Part shown: positions 1-7,464 of the stretch, one piece after another
Numbering within the stretch: the first letter of the stretch is position 1
Layout: every line of letters begins with the position of its first letter
Source: an uncultured Acidobacteriota bacterium
Lineage (GTDB): Bacteria > Acidobacteriota > Thermoanaerobaculia > UBA5066 > DATFVB01
Assembly (NCBI GenBank): GCA_963813155.1
Contig: CAWEYG010000023.1
Coordinates: 1 to 14,429 of the forward strand
Direction of reading: 5' to 3'
DNA: 14,429 nt
The notes under the pieces: model-generated
Database searches by the model: none
Told to the model about the DNA's origin: nothing
The model's input: only the letters and a program-made list of their open reading frames with translations
Position numbers and translations under genes: made by a program

Positions 1-2
1 CG

Positions 3-398
3 CTGCGAGTCGTTCGCGTCGGCGCGGATGGGTCGTCGATCCGGGTGCGGGGCAAGGCCCTCGATCGGCGGAAGCTCGATTTCGTCTCGGTCGCGGTTCA
101 GCCGTTCCCCTCGCGCCTGACGCGCGAGCAGGTGAACTCGCGCCACTCCTATTCCTACCCGGATCCGACGTGGGCACTCCTGCCCGCCGCTTCCGGCGAC
201 ACCGCCGTCGGACTGCGCACGTTCCACTGCCTCGTGCCGTCGATCCACGGGAAATTTTCCTTCCAGTACCAGCTCGACCGGCCGGGACTCTGGACGTTCG
301 TCTTCTATTTTCGGGAGAAGGGGCGCGGCGGCACGTACGCGGGCGGCTCTTTCAGCGTCTGGGTCGGAGACGGTCAGAGCGAGTTCGCGAACTCCTGA
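3..398 (+). CDS. Hypothetical protein, 3' part (runs off the left edge)
   Basis: The frame is open from base 3 (LRVVRVGADGSSIRVRGKALD...) to TGA at 396-398, with GC-rich third codon positions and beta-strand-like segments (FSFQYQLDRPGLWTFVFYF). No motif recognised with confidence. Confidence 0.7.
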   Translation: MRVVRVGADGSSIRVRGKALDRRKLDFVSVAVQPFPSRLTREQVNSRHSYSYPDPTWALLPAASGDTAVGLRTFHCLVPSIHGKFSFQYQLDRPGLWTFVFYFREKGRGGTYAGGSFSVWVGDGQSEFANS

Positions 399-400
399 AA
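373..400. repeat. 28-bp direct repeat, left copy (GTCAGAGCGAGTTCGCGAACTCCTGAAA)
   Basis: 27/28 identical to 3353-3380 (T384 vs C3364). Contains the perfect 14-bp palindrome GAGTTCGCGAACTC (381-394) and the stop codon of the left gene. Confidence 0.95.
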
Positions 401-410
401 TCCTCGATCG

Positions 411-3305
411 TCAAGTCCGCCCGTGAATCGGCTCGGGCTTGGGCGCCGGAACCGGAACCAGGGCGCTGCAGGGACCGATGTTCGCGCCCCGGGACTCGCG
501 AACCGTTCCCTTCGGCAAATCGCGCAACTCGGACGCCGAAAGGTTCTTCAACGAAAAGGAGACGGTCTTTCCGGATGCAAGAGGCGTCGCAGTAGCCATG
601 TACGAGCCCGGTGCGCACAGCGCCGTGCAAACGACAGCCGCCTTCCCGGCCTTGCCGGTCAGAACCGAGACCGACGTCGTCAGGTTCGAAAAGACGCACG
701 TAGCGCCCGAGGGGGGAGCGGTGAAATCCACCTGCACACCGGGAGACGGATTGCCGAAGGAATCCTTCACGGTGACCTCCAGCGGCAAGGAGAATGGTGA
801 TCGAATCGGCGCCGACTGCGGCGATCCACCGGTTTGCGTGACGATCGCGTTCGGGGACGCGACGACAGCCCCCTGTTTGACGAGACGGATTCGCCGGTTC
901 TCGCCGTCGAACAGCAGAATGTTTCCCCGGGCGTCGATCGTCAGGCCCGAGCCGTAGTCGAATTGCGCCCGCAGGGCCGGGCCGCCGTCGCCGGAAAAGC
1001 CTCGGCTGCCGAATCCGGCCACCGTCGAGATGATCCCGTTGACGTCCAGCTTGCGAATGCGCCCGTCCGCATAGTCGCTGATGTACATGTTTCCCGTTGG
1101 GTCGAAGGCGATTCGGTACGGGCTCAGAATGGCGTTCGTGCCGGAACCGCCGTCACCGGGGTCCGCAGTCCCATGGCCCGCCACCGTGCGAATGATTCCC
1201 TGCGCATCCACGCAGCGGACGCTCTGGTTCCCGATATCCGCAATGCAGATGTTCCTCGTGGAATCAAAAGCAACATCCGAGGGGCCGTTCAATAAGGCTT
1301 GCGTGGCGGCTCCGCCGTCCCCCGCGAATCCTCCGCCCTGGTGATCTCCGCTTCCGCCGGGGCCGCTGCCCGCGAAGGTCGTGATGACGCCAGTTGCCGC
1401 GTCCACCCTCCGCACTCGATGGTTGAAGAGATCGGCGACGAAGATATTCCCCTGGCCGTCCAGCTTGAGGACGTCCTGTTCGTCGGCGAGCTGCGCGGCC
1501 GTCGCCGGGCCGCCGTCGCCCGAAAAGCCGCAGTCCTGGATGTTCGTGAGCGAGCCGACGACCGTTCGGACGAGGCCGTCTTCCCCCACGCGCCGGACCG
1601 AGCAAAAGTCGGTGAAGAAGATCGTCCCGCCGGCACCGGCTTCGACGCTGACTGGCGAGATACCGGCCTCGAGCGCTTCGACCCCTTCAAAGTAGAAGCC
1701 CGGTATCGGCTCCACTCCGATTCCGGCCAGGGTCACGATGCGACCCGCCGGATCGATCCTCCGAATCCGAAGGCTTCCCCTTGGCTCAACCGCCAGGATG
1801 TTTCCCGCCCCGTCGAGGGCGATATTTCCGATATCTCCGAAAACGGCCGCCAGGGCCGGACTTCCGCCTTCGCCAATCGCGCCAGGCCCGATGCCGGCGG
1901 CCGTCGTCAGCAAACCCGTGACGGAATTGATTCGGCGTATCCGCCTCGCTGACCGCTCGCTCACGAAAAGATCTCCGTTCGGAGCAACGGAGATATTGAT
2001 TGGGATCATCGATGCTTCACGCGCCGCGGTGCCGTCCGGCGACAGGCCCGGAGATCCGGTACCCGCCACGCGCGTCAGAAGGCCATTGGTCTCGACCCTC
2101 AGGAGGATCGCGTTGGCCGAAAACAAGAGTCGATCCTGGCCGTCGATCGCGATGGCGGAAGGAAACACATTCGCCTGCGTTGCGGAGACGCCGTCGTCGG
2201 GCTGCAGGCCTCCCCTCGCGACGACCGTACGGACGATGCCATCGAGTGAGACGCGCCGAATCCTGTTGTTGTTCCAGTCCAGGATGAAGAGGTTTCCGAT
2301 CGAATCGAGGGCGAGCGAGCCGCCGACACGACCGGATGGAGCGAAATTGAACGAAGCCTGTGTCGCCGGGCCCCCGTCGCCGGAAAATCCGGTGCTGCCA
2401 TTCCCGGCAAAGGTGGCGATGGCGCCGGAGGCATCGATCCTGCGGACTCGCTGATTTCCGGAGTCGAGGACATACACGTTTCCGGCCGCATCGACAGCGA
2501 TGCTCGTTGGGCTGTTCAGTCTGGCGAGAATCGCCGGTCCCCCGTCGCCCCCAAAGCTCTTTTGCCCGGTACCGGCGATGGTGTGGACGATGCCGGTCGC
2601 GGCGTCGATCTTCCGGACTCGATTGTTCTGGATGGCATCGGCGACGAAGATGTTGCCAGAGCGATCGACCGCGACCCCCGCGGGCCAATTGAACTGCGCG
2701 TCCGTCGCGAGTCCGCCGTCGCCGGAAAAGCCGATGGCGCCTGTCCCCGCAATCGTGACGATTCTTCCGCTCTGATCGATCTTCCGGACCTGTCCTCCGT
2801 TCTCTTCACCCAGGTAGAGATTTCCTTCGGCATCGACCGCAGTTCCCTGGGCCTCGACGATGGCCTGCGTCGCCAGGCGGCCTTCCCCGACGAAATTTCC
2901 GACGCCGGCGATCGTGGTGACGTCGCCCGGCCCGATCTCAGCGACCGTTGGAGACACGTAGAGGAACTCGGAGAACGTCTCTTCGGAAGCGCTCGAAACC
3001 CGAACGGCCGCTAGAGCGGTCGCGAACGGCCCTTCTCCCAGCGGCGGCGTCGTCAACTGGAGCTCCGAGTCGCTGAGAACCCGAACGTTGACGGCGGCGA
3101 TCCGGTTGAAGCGGACAGCGGTGTCGGGCGCGAAGCCGCTCCCGGTGATCGTGACGACCGTTCCGCCGGCGACCGGGCCCTGAGACGGGTTGAGCGCCAC
3201 GATCACGGGAGCAGCCGCGCCGGAACGCGCGGTCGCGGCCAGACAGCAAAAGGAGACAGCCAGCACCAGGAGCGGAGAGGCGCCAGGGGAACGCGTGTTG
3301 TGCAT
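411..3305 (-). CDS. Secreted IPT/TIG + NHL-repeat (teneurin-like beta-propeller) + C-terminal Ig-like domain protein, about 964 aa
   Basis: Signal-peptide-like N-terminus (LLVLAVSFCCLAATARSGAAA), an IPT/TIG motif (LNPSQGPVAGGTVVTITGSGF), 12 repeats of the type TIAGxGxxGFSGDGGPATxAxLxxPxxVAVDxxGNxYxxDxxNxRVRxI, and a Big_1-like segment (LEVTVKDSFGNPSPGVQVDFT). ATG 3305 is preferred over GTG 3335. Confidence 0.9.
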   Translation of the reverse strand: MHNTRSPGASPLLVLAVSFCCLAATARSGAAAPVIVALNPSQGPVAGGTVVTITGSGFAPDTAVRFNRIAAVNVRVLSDSELQLTTPPLGEGPFATALAAVRVSSASEETFSEFLYVSPTVAEIGPGDVTTIAGVGNFVGEGRLATQAIVEAQGTAVDAEGNLYLGEENGGQVRKIDQSGRIVTIAGTGAIGFSGDGGLATDAQFNWPAGVAVDRSGNIFVADAIQNNRVRKIDAATGIVHTIAGTGQKSFGGDGGPAILARLNSPTSIAVDAAGNVYVLDSGNQRVRRIDASGAIATFAGNGSTGFSGDGGPATQASFNFAPSGRVGGSLALDSIGNLFILDWNNNRIRRVSLDGIVRTVVARGGLQPDDGVSATQANVFPSAIAIDGQDRLLFSANAILLRVETNGLLTRVAGTGSPGLSPDGTAAREASMIPINISVAPNGDLFVSERSARRIRRINSVTGLLTTAAGIGPGAIGEGGSPALAAVFGDIGNIALDGAGNILAVEPRGSLRIRRIDPAGRIVTLAGIGVEPIPGFYFEGVEALEAGISPVSVEAGAGGTIFFTDFCSVRRVGEDGLVRTVVGSLTNIQDCGFSGDGGPATAAQLADEQDVLKLDGQGNIFVADLFNHRVRRVDAATGVITTFAGSGPGGSGDHQGGGFAGDGGAATQALLNGPSDVAFDSTRNICIADIGNQSVRCVDAQGIIRTVAGHGTADPGDGGSGTNAILSPYRIAFDPTGNMYISDYADGRIRKLDVNGIISTVAGFGSRGFSGDGGPALRAQFDYGSGLTIDARGNILLFDGENRRIRLVKQGAVVASPNAIVTQTGGSPQSAPIRSPFSLPLEVTVKDSFGNPSPGVQVDFTAPPSGATCVFSNLTTSVSVLTGKAGKAAVVCTALCAPGSYMATATPLASGKTVSFSLKNLSASELRDLPKGTVRESRGANIGPCSALVPVPAPKPEPIHGRT

Positions 3306-3325
3306 TGAATTCGAGGGCAGAGTCG

Positions 3326-3334
3326 ATCCTACCA
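3326..3334 (-). promoter_or_regulatory. Putative extended -10 box (TGGTAGGAT) for the NHL gene
   Basis: TGn-TANNNT match 20 nt upstream of ATG 3305, inside the repeat-bounded segment. Confidence 0.4.
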
Positions 3335-3352
3335 CCGATCCCGGGGCAACCC

Positions 3353-3380
3353 GTCAGAGCGAGCTCGCGAACTCCTGAAA
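3353..3380. repeat. 28-bp direct repeat, right copy (GTCAGAGCGAGCTCGCGAACTCCTGAAA)
   Basis: Matches 373-400 at an offset of 2980 bp. On the minus strand it encodes the aminotransferase C-terminus FQEFASSL*. Confidence 0.95.
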
Positions 3381-4556
3381 AAGACGCATGCCTTTGTCGA
3401 TCTCCTCGCGCGCCGCGGCGAACGAGAAGCGGATGTAGCGGTCCTCGCCGAATGCCACGCCGGGAATCGTCGCGACGGCGGCCCGCTCGAGCAGCAATTT
3501 CGAAAAATCCACCGACCCGGAGACTCCCGCCCGGGGATAGAGCGCCGACACGTCAGCGAACGCGTAAAAAGCCCCGTCCGGCGGCGGGCAGCGCACTCCC
3601 CCGACCGCGTTCAGCGCGGACACGATCCGGTCCCGGCGAATCGCGTACTCCGCGAGCATCTTCCGGACCGATTCGTCGGCGCGCTCCACGTCGGTGAGAG
3701 CCGCAAGCGCCGCTTCCTGGGAAATCGACGAGGCGTTCGAAGTGGAGTGGCTCTGGTACGCGGACATCGCGGCGATCACCGCCTTCGGCCCGACGCCCCA
3801 GCCGAGCCGCCATCCCGTCATCGCGTAGGTCTTGGAAGCCGCGCCCGAGATGAGGACGTGCTCCGCATGGTCCGCCCACAGATCTGTCGGAGAAGCATGG
3901 GGCCTTCCCCCGTAGAGAAAGAACTCGTAGCACTCGTCGTAGAGCACGAAGAGGCTCCGGTCGCGGGCCCAGGCCAGGATTTTCGCGAGGTCGCCCTCTT
4001 CGATCGCCGCCCCCGTCGGGTTGTTCGGCGAGTTGAGGATGAGTCCCCTCGACTTTTCCGTCGCGTAGGGACGCAGGTCCTCGAGCGTCGGACGAAACGC
4101 GTTCTCTGCCCGCGCGGGCGCGATCACGGGCGTCGCCCCTGCCAGGCGGACCATCTCCGGAAATGACACCCAGTAGGGCGAGAAGAACAGGACCTCGTCT
4201 CCCTCCTGGAACAGGACCTGGCACGCGTTGAAGAGGGTCTGCTTGCCCCCCGCGGAAACCGCGACCCGGGAAGAGTCGACCGCGGCGCCGCGCCGACGGA
4301 ACTTCGCGGCGATTGCCTCGCGCAGCGAGATCTCCCCCGGGGTGTCGGTGTACCTCGTGCGGTTTCCCTCGATCGCGCGGATGCCCGCCTGCTTCACGAA
4401 ATCCGGCGTCGGAAAGTCGGGCTCGCCGACGCCGAGGTCGACGACGTCGCGACCCTGGCGGCGCATGTCCGCGAGGGTTCGGGAAATCGCGAGCGTCGGC
4501 GAGGGCCGGATCGATTCGACGCGCCGCGTCAGCCGCAGGGCCGTGTCGACTTTCAC
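3354..4556 (-). CDS. aspC: PLP-dependent aminotransferase class I/II (aspartate aminotransferase-like), 400 aa
   Basis: Motifs LGVGEPDF, RYT, NSPNNPTG, DECY, SKTYAMTGWRLG (PLP lysine), PDGAFY and PGVAFG...RFSFA. The symbol is family-level; substrate is not proven. Confidence 0.93.
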   Translation of the reverse strand: MKVDTALRLTRRVESIRPSPTLAISRTLADMRRQGRDVVDLGVGEPDFPTPDFVKQAGIRAIEGNRTRYTDTPGEISLREAIAAKFRRRGAAVDSSRVAVSAGGKQTLFNACQVLFQEGDEVLFFSPYWVSFPEMVRLAGATPVIAPARAENAFRPTLEDLRPYATEKSRGLILNSPNNPTGAAIEEGDLAKILAWARDRSLFVLYDECYEFFLYGGRPHASPTDLWADHAEHVLISGAASKTYAMTGWRLGWGVGPKAVIAAMSAYQSHSTSNASSISQEAALAALTDVERADESVRKMLAEYAIRRDRIVSALNAVGGVRCPPPDGAFYAFADVSALYPRAGVSGSVDFSKLLLERAAVATIPGVAFGEDRYIRFSFAAAREEIDKGMRLFQEFASSL

Positions 4557-4562
4557 GTCAAA

Positions 4563-4571
4563 AATCTATCA
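4563..4571 (-). promoter_or_regulatory. Extended -10 box (TGATAGATT), leaderless-type, for the aminotransferase
   Basis: TAGATT ends 6 nt before GTG 4556 and there is no Shine-Dalgarno. The TG overlaps the TGA stop of the upstream exchanger gene. Confidence 0.6.
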
Positions 4572-5732
4572 CGCGGCCGCGCGGGCGCGGCGCCGCCACG
4601 TCTTTCGAAATGCGCCAAAGACCTTCCATTTCTTCCGCCCCGACAGAACGAGGACGATCTCGAGCACGCACCAGCCGGCGTAGACCGCGATCATCGCGTC
4701 GCGCGTCGCCGGAAGGGCGAACTGGATCAGCCAGAAGAGAAAGAGGACTCCCGCCTCGTACGAGGTCAGCGACATCGAGGCGAGAAGGAGCCAGCCCAGG
4801 AGCGACTGCAGCACCGTCAGGAGAATCTCGATTCGCTGGTGGTGATCGAGCGGAAGGGGTGCCGTCGAGTGCCGCGAGACGCAATAGATCACCGGGATCA
4901 GGCCGGAGAGCACCGACCACTGATTGATGTTCGAGGAGACGAGATTCATGATCGCGACGGGTGCGCGCGTGATTCTCCGCGCCCACAGGAAGGCGGAGAC
5001 CTTCTCCGGGAATTCCGAAAGGAACGGCGCGACCCACTGGACGAACACGAACTCCGAGACGCCGAGGGAGACTGCGAGCGAGAGGAGACTGTCCAGAAAC
5101 GGGTGCGCGGTGAAGTAGAGAATCGCCCCGCCGCCGAAAAACAGCGCGAGCACCGCGACGCCCCGCCACCGCCCCGGAAAGGAGAGGGCCCAGCGCGAGA
5201 CGAGCGGAACGTCGACCGGCCGTTCGACGTCGTCGCTTCGGGGGGGAAGGCGCAGGAGAAGCACGAGATAGGCGACATACATTGCGCAGAGGATCGCGGC
5301 GTCGATCAGGCCGAGCGTGCCTTTCGCGATGATCACGAAAAAGTACAGGACGGGAGGAAGGAGGCCGACGACTTCGACCGAGTGGTGCACGCGAAGGCGC
5401 ATGCCGGCATAGACTTTGCCCTTCCGCTTCGCCGACCACCAGGCGACGACGTAGACCATCGGCCATCCGAGCCCGACGAGCAGCCGCAGCGAGCCCGTGA
5501 AGTTCGCGATCGCGAGATGGACCATCGAGGGGTCCTTGCCCGCGCCCCACGCGATGACGGCTTCGACCGCGAATTCCGGCGCCGTCTGGAGCCACGCGAG
5601 GAGGGCGAGCGCGAGGCCCTGGGACATCAGGAACTCCGCCGCCTCCGCTCCCCAGGCGACGAGAAACGCCGCCGCGAGCATCGCCGGGAAAGTCCAGAGC
5701 GCGGTCGCGGCCGCTCCGCTTTGGGAATTCAC
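4569..5732 (-). CDS. CaCA-superfamily (Na+/Ca2+ exchanger-like) membrane antiporter, about 387 aa
   Basis: About 10 hydrophobic segments, alpha-1 repeat LLAWLQTAPEFAVE...ANFTGS and alpha-2 repeat APFLSEFPEK...NLVSSNINQW. Start moved to GTG 5732 because the longer ORF overlaps the divergent TrmH gene. Confidence 0.85.
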   Translation of the reverse strand: MNSQSGAAATALWTFPAMLAAAFLVAWGAEAAEFLMSQGLALALLAWLQTAPEFAVEAVIAWGAGKDPSMVHLAIANFTGSLRLLVGLGWPMVYVVAWWSAKRKGKVYAGMRLRVHHSVEVVGLLPPVLYFFVIIAKGTLGLIDAAILCAMYVAYLVLLLRLPPRSDDVERPVDVPLVSRWALSFPGRWRGVAVLALFFGGGAILYFTAHPFLDSLLSLAVSLGVSEFVFVQWVAPFLSEFPEKVSAFLWARRITRAPVAIMNLVSSNINQWSVLSGLIPVIYCVSRHSTAPLPLDHHQRIEILLTVLQSLLGWLLLASMSLTSYEAGVLFLFWLIQFALPATRDAMIAVYAGWCVLEIVLVLSGRKKWKVFGAFRKTWRRRARAAA

Positions 5733-5739
5733 TGCGCGT

Positions 5740-5775
5740 GTTATAGCACTAGCCGGCGCTCGTTCGGAGTACGAT
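5740..5775. promoter_or_regulatory. Back-to-back leaderless-type -10 boxes: TGCTATAAC (-, 5740-5748) and TACGAT (+, 5770-5775)
   Basis: The boxes end 7 nt before GTG 5732 and 6 nt before GTG 5782, in a 49-bp divergent gap. Confidence 0.65.
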
Positions 5776-5781
5776 CCGCGG

Positions 5782-6537
5782 GTGATCGAGTCGACGCGGA
5801 ACCCGCGCGTCCAGTCCCTGCTTCGCGCGGTCGCCGAGCGAGAGCTCTTCGTCCTCGAAGGCGAAAAATTCATCCTCGACGCGGCGGCCGGCGGATTCGA
5901 GTTCGACGAGATCTTTCACGATGACCACCTGAAGCCGGGACGGCTTTCCGCGCTCGCGCGCCACCGAACGACTCCGGTGCGCCGCGAAGTGCTCGCGAGA
6001 TTCTGCGAGGCCTCGACTCCGCAGCACGCCGTGGGCCTGGCGCGCCGCCGGGAATCCTCCGCCGCCGAGATCCTCGCCGCGGGAGGCCCGGCCGTCTATC
6101 TCGACGCCGTCCAGGATCCCGGCAATCTCGGCGCGATCGCCCGGGTCCTAGAGGCCGTTTCGGGCGCCGGCCTTCTCGCCTCGGAAGGGTGCGCCGACCT
6201 GTTCCACCCGCGATCTCTCCGGGGCTCGGCCGGCAGCCTGCTGCGCATCCGGGCCGCCTCGAGCGTCGATTTCCGGCTCGCGGCGGACGAGGCGCACAGG
6301 GCCGGACGCGAGATCTGCGGGACCGGCGGACGGGGCGCGGAGGACCTCTTCTCGGCGCGGTTCGAGAAGCCCGCGCTGTGGGTGTTCGGCTCGGAAGGAG
6401 CCGGGCTCTCCCCCGCCGTGCGGCGGCATGTCGAACGCCGCATCGCAATTCCGCTCGCGGCGCCGGTCGAGTCGCTGAACGTCGCCGTCGCCGCGGGAGT
6501 TATCCTGTTCACGACGACACGGCAGGACTCCGCGTAG
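5782..6537 (+). CDS. TrmH/SpoU-family (SPOUT) RNA 2'-O-methyltransferase, about 251 aa
   Basis: N-terminus IESTRNPRVQ...FVLEG, and SPOUT motifs LDAVQDPGNLGAIAR, VFGSEGAGL and IPL...VESLNVAVAAG. Start reassigned to GTG 5782. Confidence 0.93.
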   Translation: MIESTRNPRVQSLLRAVAERELFVLEGEKFILDAAAGGFEFDEIFHDDHLKPGRLSALARHRTTPVRREVLARFCEASTPQHAVGLARRRESSAAEILAAGGPAVYLDAVQDPGNLGAIARVLEAVSGAGLLASEGCADLFHPRSLRGSAGSLLRIRAASSVDFRLAADEAHRAGREICGTGGRGAEDLFSARFEKPALWVFGSEGAGLSPAVRRHVERRIAIPLAAPVESLNVAVAAGVILFTTTRQDSA

Positions 6538-6545
6538 CCTCGCTT

Positions 6546-6676
6546 GCCGACGATCGCGGCCAGCCCCAACGCTCCGCTCGGCAGAGTCTCTTCGACCCTC
6601 GGCCGCAGTTCGCTTTCCCTCGGGATCTCAGAGACCTGCCTGCGCGGAGCGCGTTGGCCCCGGGCCGCTCCTCGGC
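6546..6676. repeat. Long imperfect inverted-repeat (rod hairpin) element A
   Basis: Nested pairings: GCCGA 6546-50/TCGGC 6672-76, GCGGCC 6556-61/GGCCGC 6663-68, CCAAC 6566-70/GTTGG 6653-57, GCTCCGC 6571-77/GCGGAGC 6644-50, GGCAG 6580-84/CTGCC 6636-40, GTCTCT 6586-91/AGAGAC 6630-35. Confidence 0.75.
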
Positions 6677-6708
6677 TTCGCTTGGGAGTTCGGGGCGCGC
6701 GGGTGGCC

Positions 6709-6795
6709 CGGGGCGAGACCCCTTTTGCCGCTCGCGGCGCGGAGTCGTAGCAAAATCCTCAAATCGCAGCGAGCGGAAAAGAGGGTCGAGCCCCG
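6709..6795. repeat. Long imperfect hairpin element B
   Basis: CGGGGC/GCCCCG, a GA/GA mismatch, GACCC/GGGTC, CTTTT/AAAAG, CCGCTCGC/GCGAGCGG and GCG/CGC enclose an AT-richer 25-nt loop. Confidence 0.8.
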
Positions 6796-6796
6796 T

Positions 6797-6822
6797 GACA
6801 GGACCCGCGCCGGCTGTCCTAC
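6797..6822 (-). repeat. GTAG-type REP-like unit
   Basis: The minus strand reads GTAG-GACAG-ccggcgcgggtc-CTGTC, a GTAG tetranucleotide followed by a short palindrome. Only one copy in the window. Confidence 0.35.
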
Positions 6823-6906
6823 CTCGGTCGTTTACGCGACGGCGTCGGCTTCCGGGGCACCGGCCTCCTCGGCGCGACGATCTTTTTCTGCCGGTTCCCG
6901 ATCGAC

Positions 6907-7464
6907 TTATTCGCCACCCGCGCCCGCCTCCTCCCCGAACACTTCCGCCTCGAACGCGTAAAGTTTCGCGCCGGGCAGCTTCCACCCGTCCTCCGGCAGC
7001 CCCGCCTTTCGCGCGAGCGCGCCGAGGAACTGCTCTTTCGTGAAACCCCATTCCTCGGCGACCTGCGGAAGGAGCAGGCCGCGGCGGCCTCCGATCTCGA
7101 GGATCAGGCCGTGGCGCCCGACTTCGAAATGCTCTTCCGCGATCAACCGCGGCGGCGAAAGGATCGAGATCTCGACCCGAACGTTGCGCCACTCTTCGAG
7201 CGTCAGCGGCGGAAACCGGGGGTCCTCGAACGCGGCGTTCAAGGCGAACTCGGCGACCGTCCGCGAAATCCCCTCTTCGGCGGCGAGCGTGCCGATACAT
7301 CCGCGCAGCTCGGAATTCATCTTCAGCGTCACGAACACGCCGCACGACGCCTCTTCCGCGTGCGGGCGCTCGGGAACTTCGAGCGGCGCTTCTCCCCTCA
7401 ACTTCCGATCGATCGATCGGCGCGCGATCGACAAAAGCTCCGTCCGGCGATCCGAAGAGGTCAC
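6907..7464 (-). CDS. amrA: AMMECR1-domain protein (AmmeMemoRadiSam system protein A), 185 aa
   Basis: Motifs GVFVTL, LRGCIG, AAFEDPRFPP, EISILS, GRHGL, GLLLPQVA, KAGL and FEAEVF. The GTG overlaps the upstream TGA (GTGA). Confidence 0.95.
   Translation of the reverse strand: MTSSDRRTELLSIARRSIDRKLRGEAPLEVPERPHAEEASCGVFVTLKMNSELRGCIGTLAAEEGISRTVAEFALNAAFEDPRFPPLTLEEWRNVRVEISILSPPRLIAEEHFEVGRHGLILEIGGRRGLLLPQVAEEWGFTKEQFLGALARKAGLPEDGWKLPGAKLYAFEAEVFGEEAGAGGE

Noticed and set aside
980-2735. Recurring DNA motif CCGTCGCCGGAAAA as a nucleotide repeat or DGR template/variable pair
   Set aside because: It simply encodes the FSGDGG motif of the NHL blades. There is no adenine-specific mismatch pattern and no reverse transcriptase.
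5497-5873. Apparent long head-to-head overlap of the exchanger and TrmH ORFs
   Set aside because: It disappears when the starts are placed at 5732 and 5782, where family similarity begins and -10 boxes sit.
6544-6750. 68-aa ORF in the convergent intergenic gap
   Set aside because: It has a TTG start, no initiation signal and no motif, and the region is better explained by inverted repeats.
6722-6781. Hairpin B as a bidirectional rho-independent terminator
   Set aside because: The T-run is 5' and the A-run is 3' of the stem, the wrong orientation on both strands, and the loop is too large.
7405-7420. 16-bp palindrome CCGATCGATCGATCGG
   Set aside because: It lies inside amrA coding sequence (RSIDR) and is built from GATC/TCGA words that are very frequent in this window.
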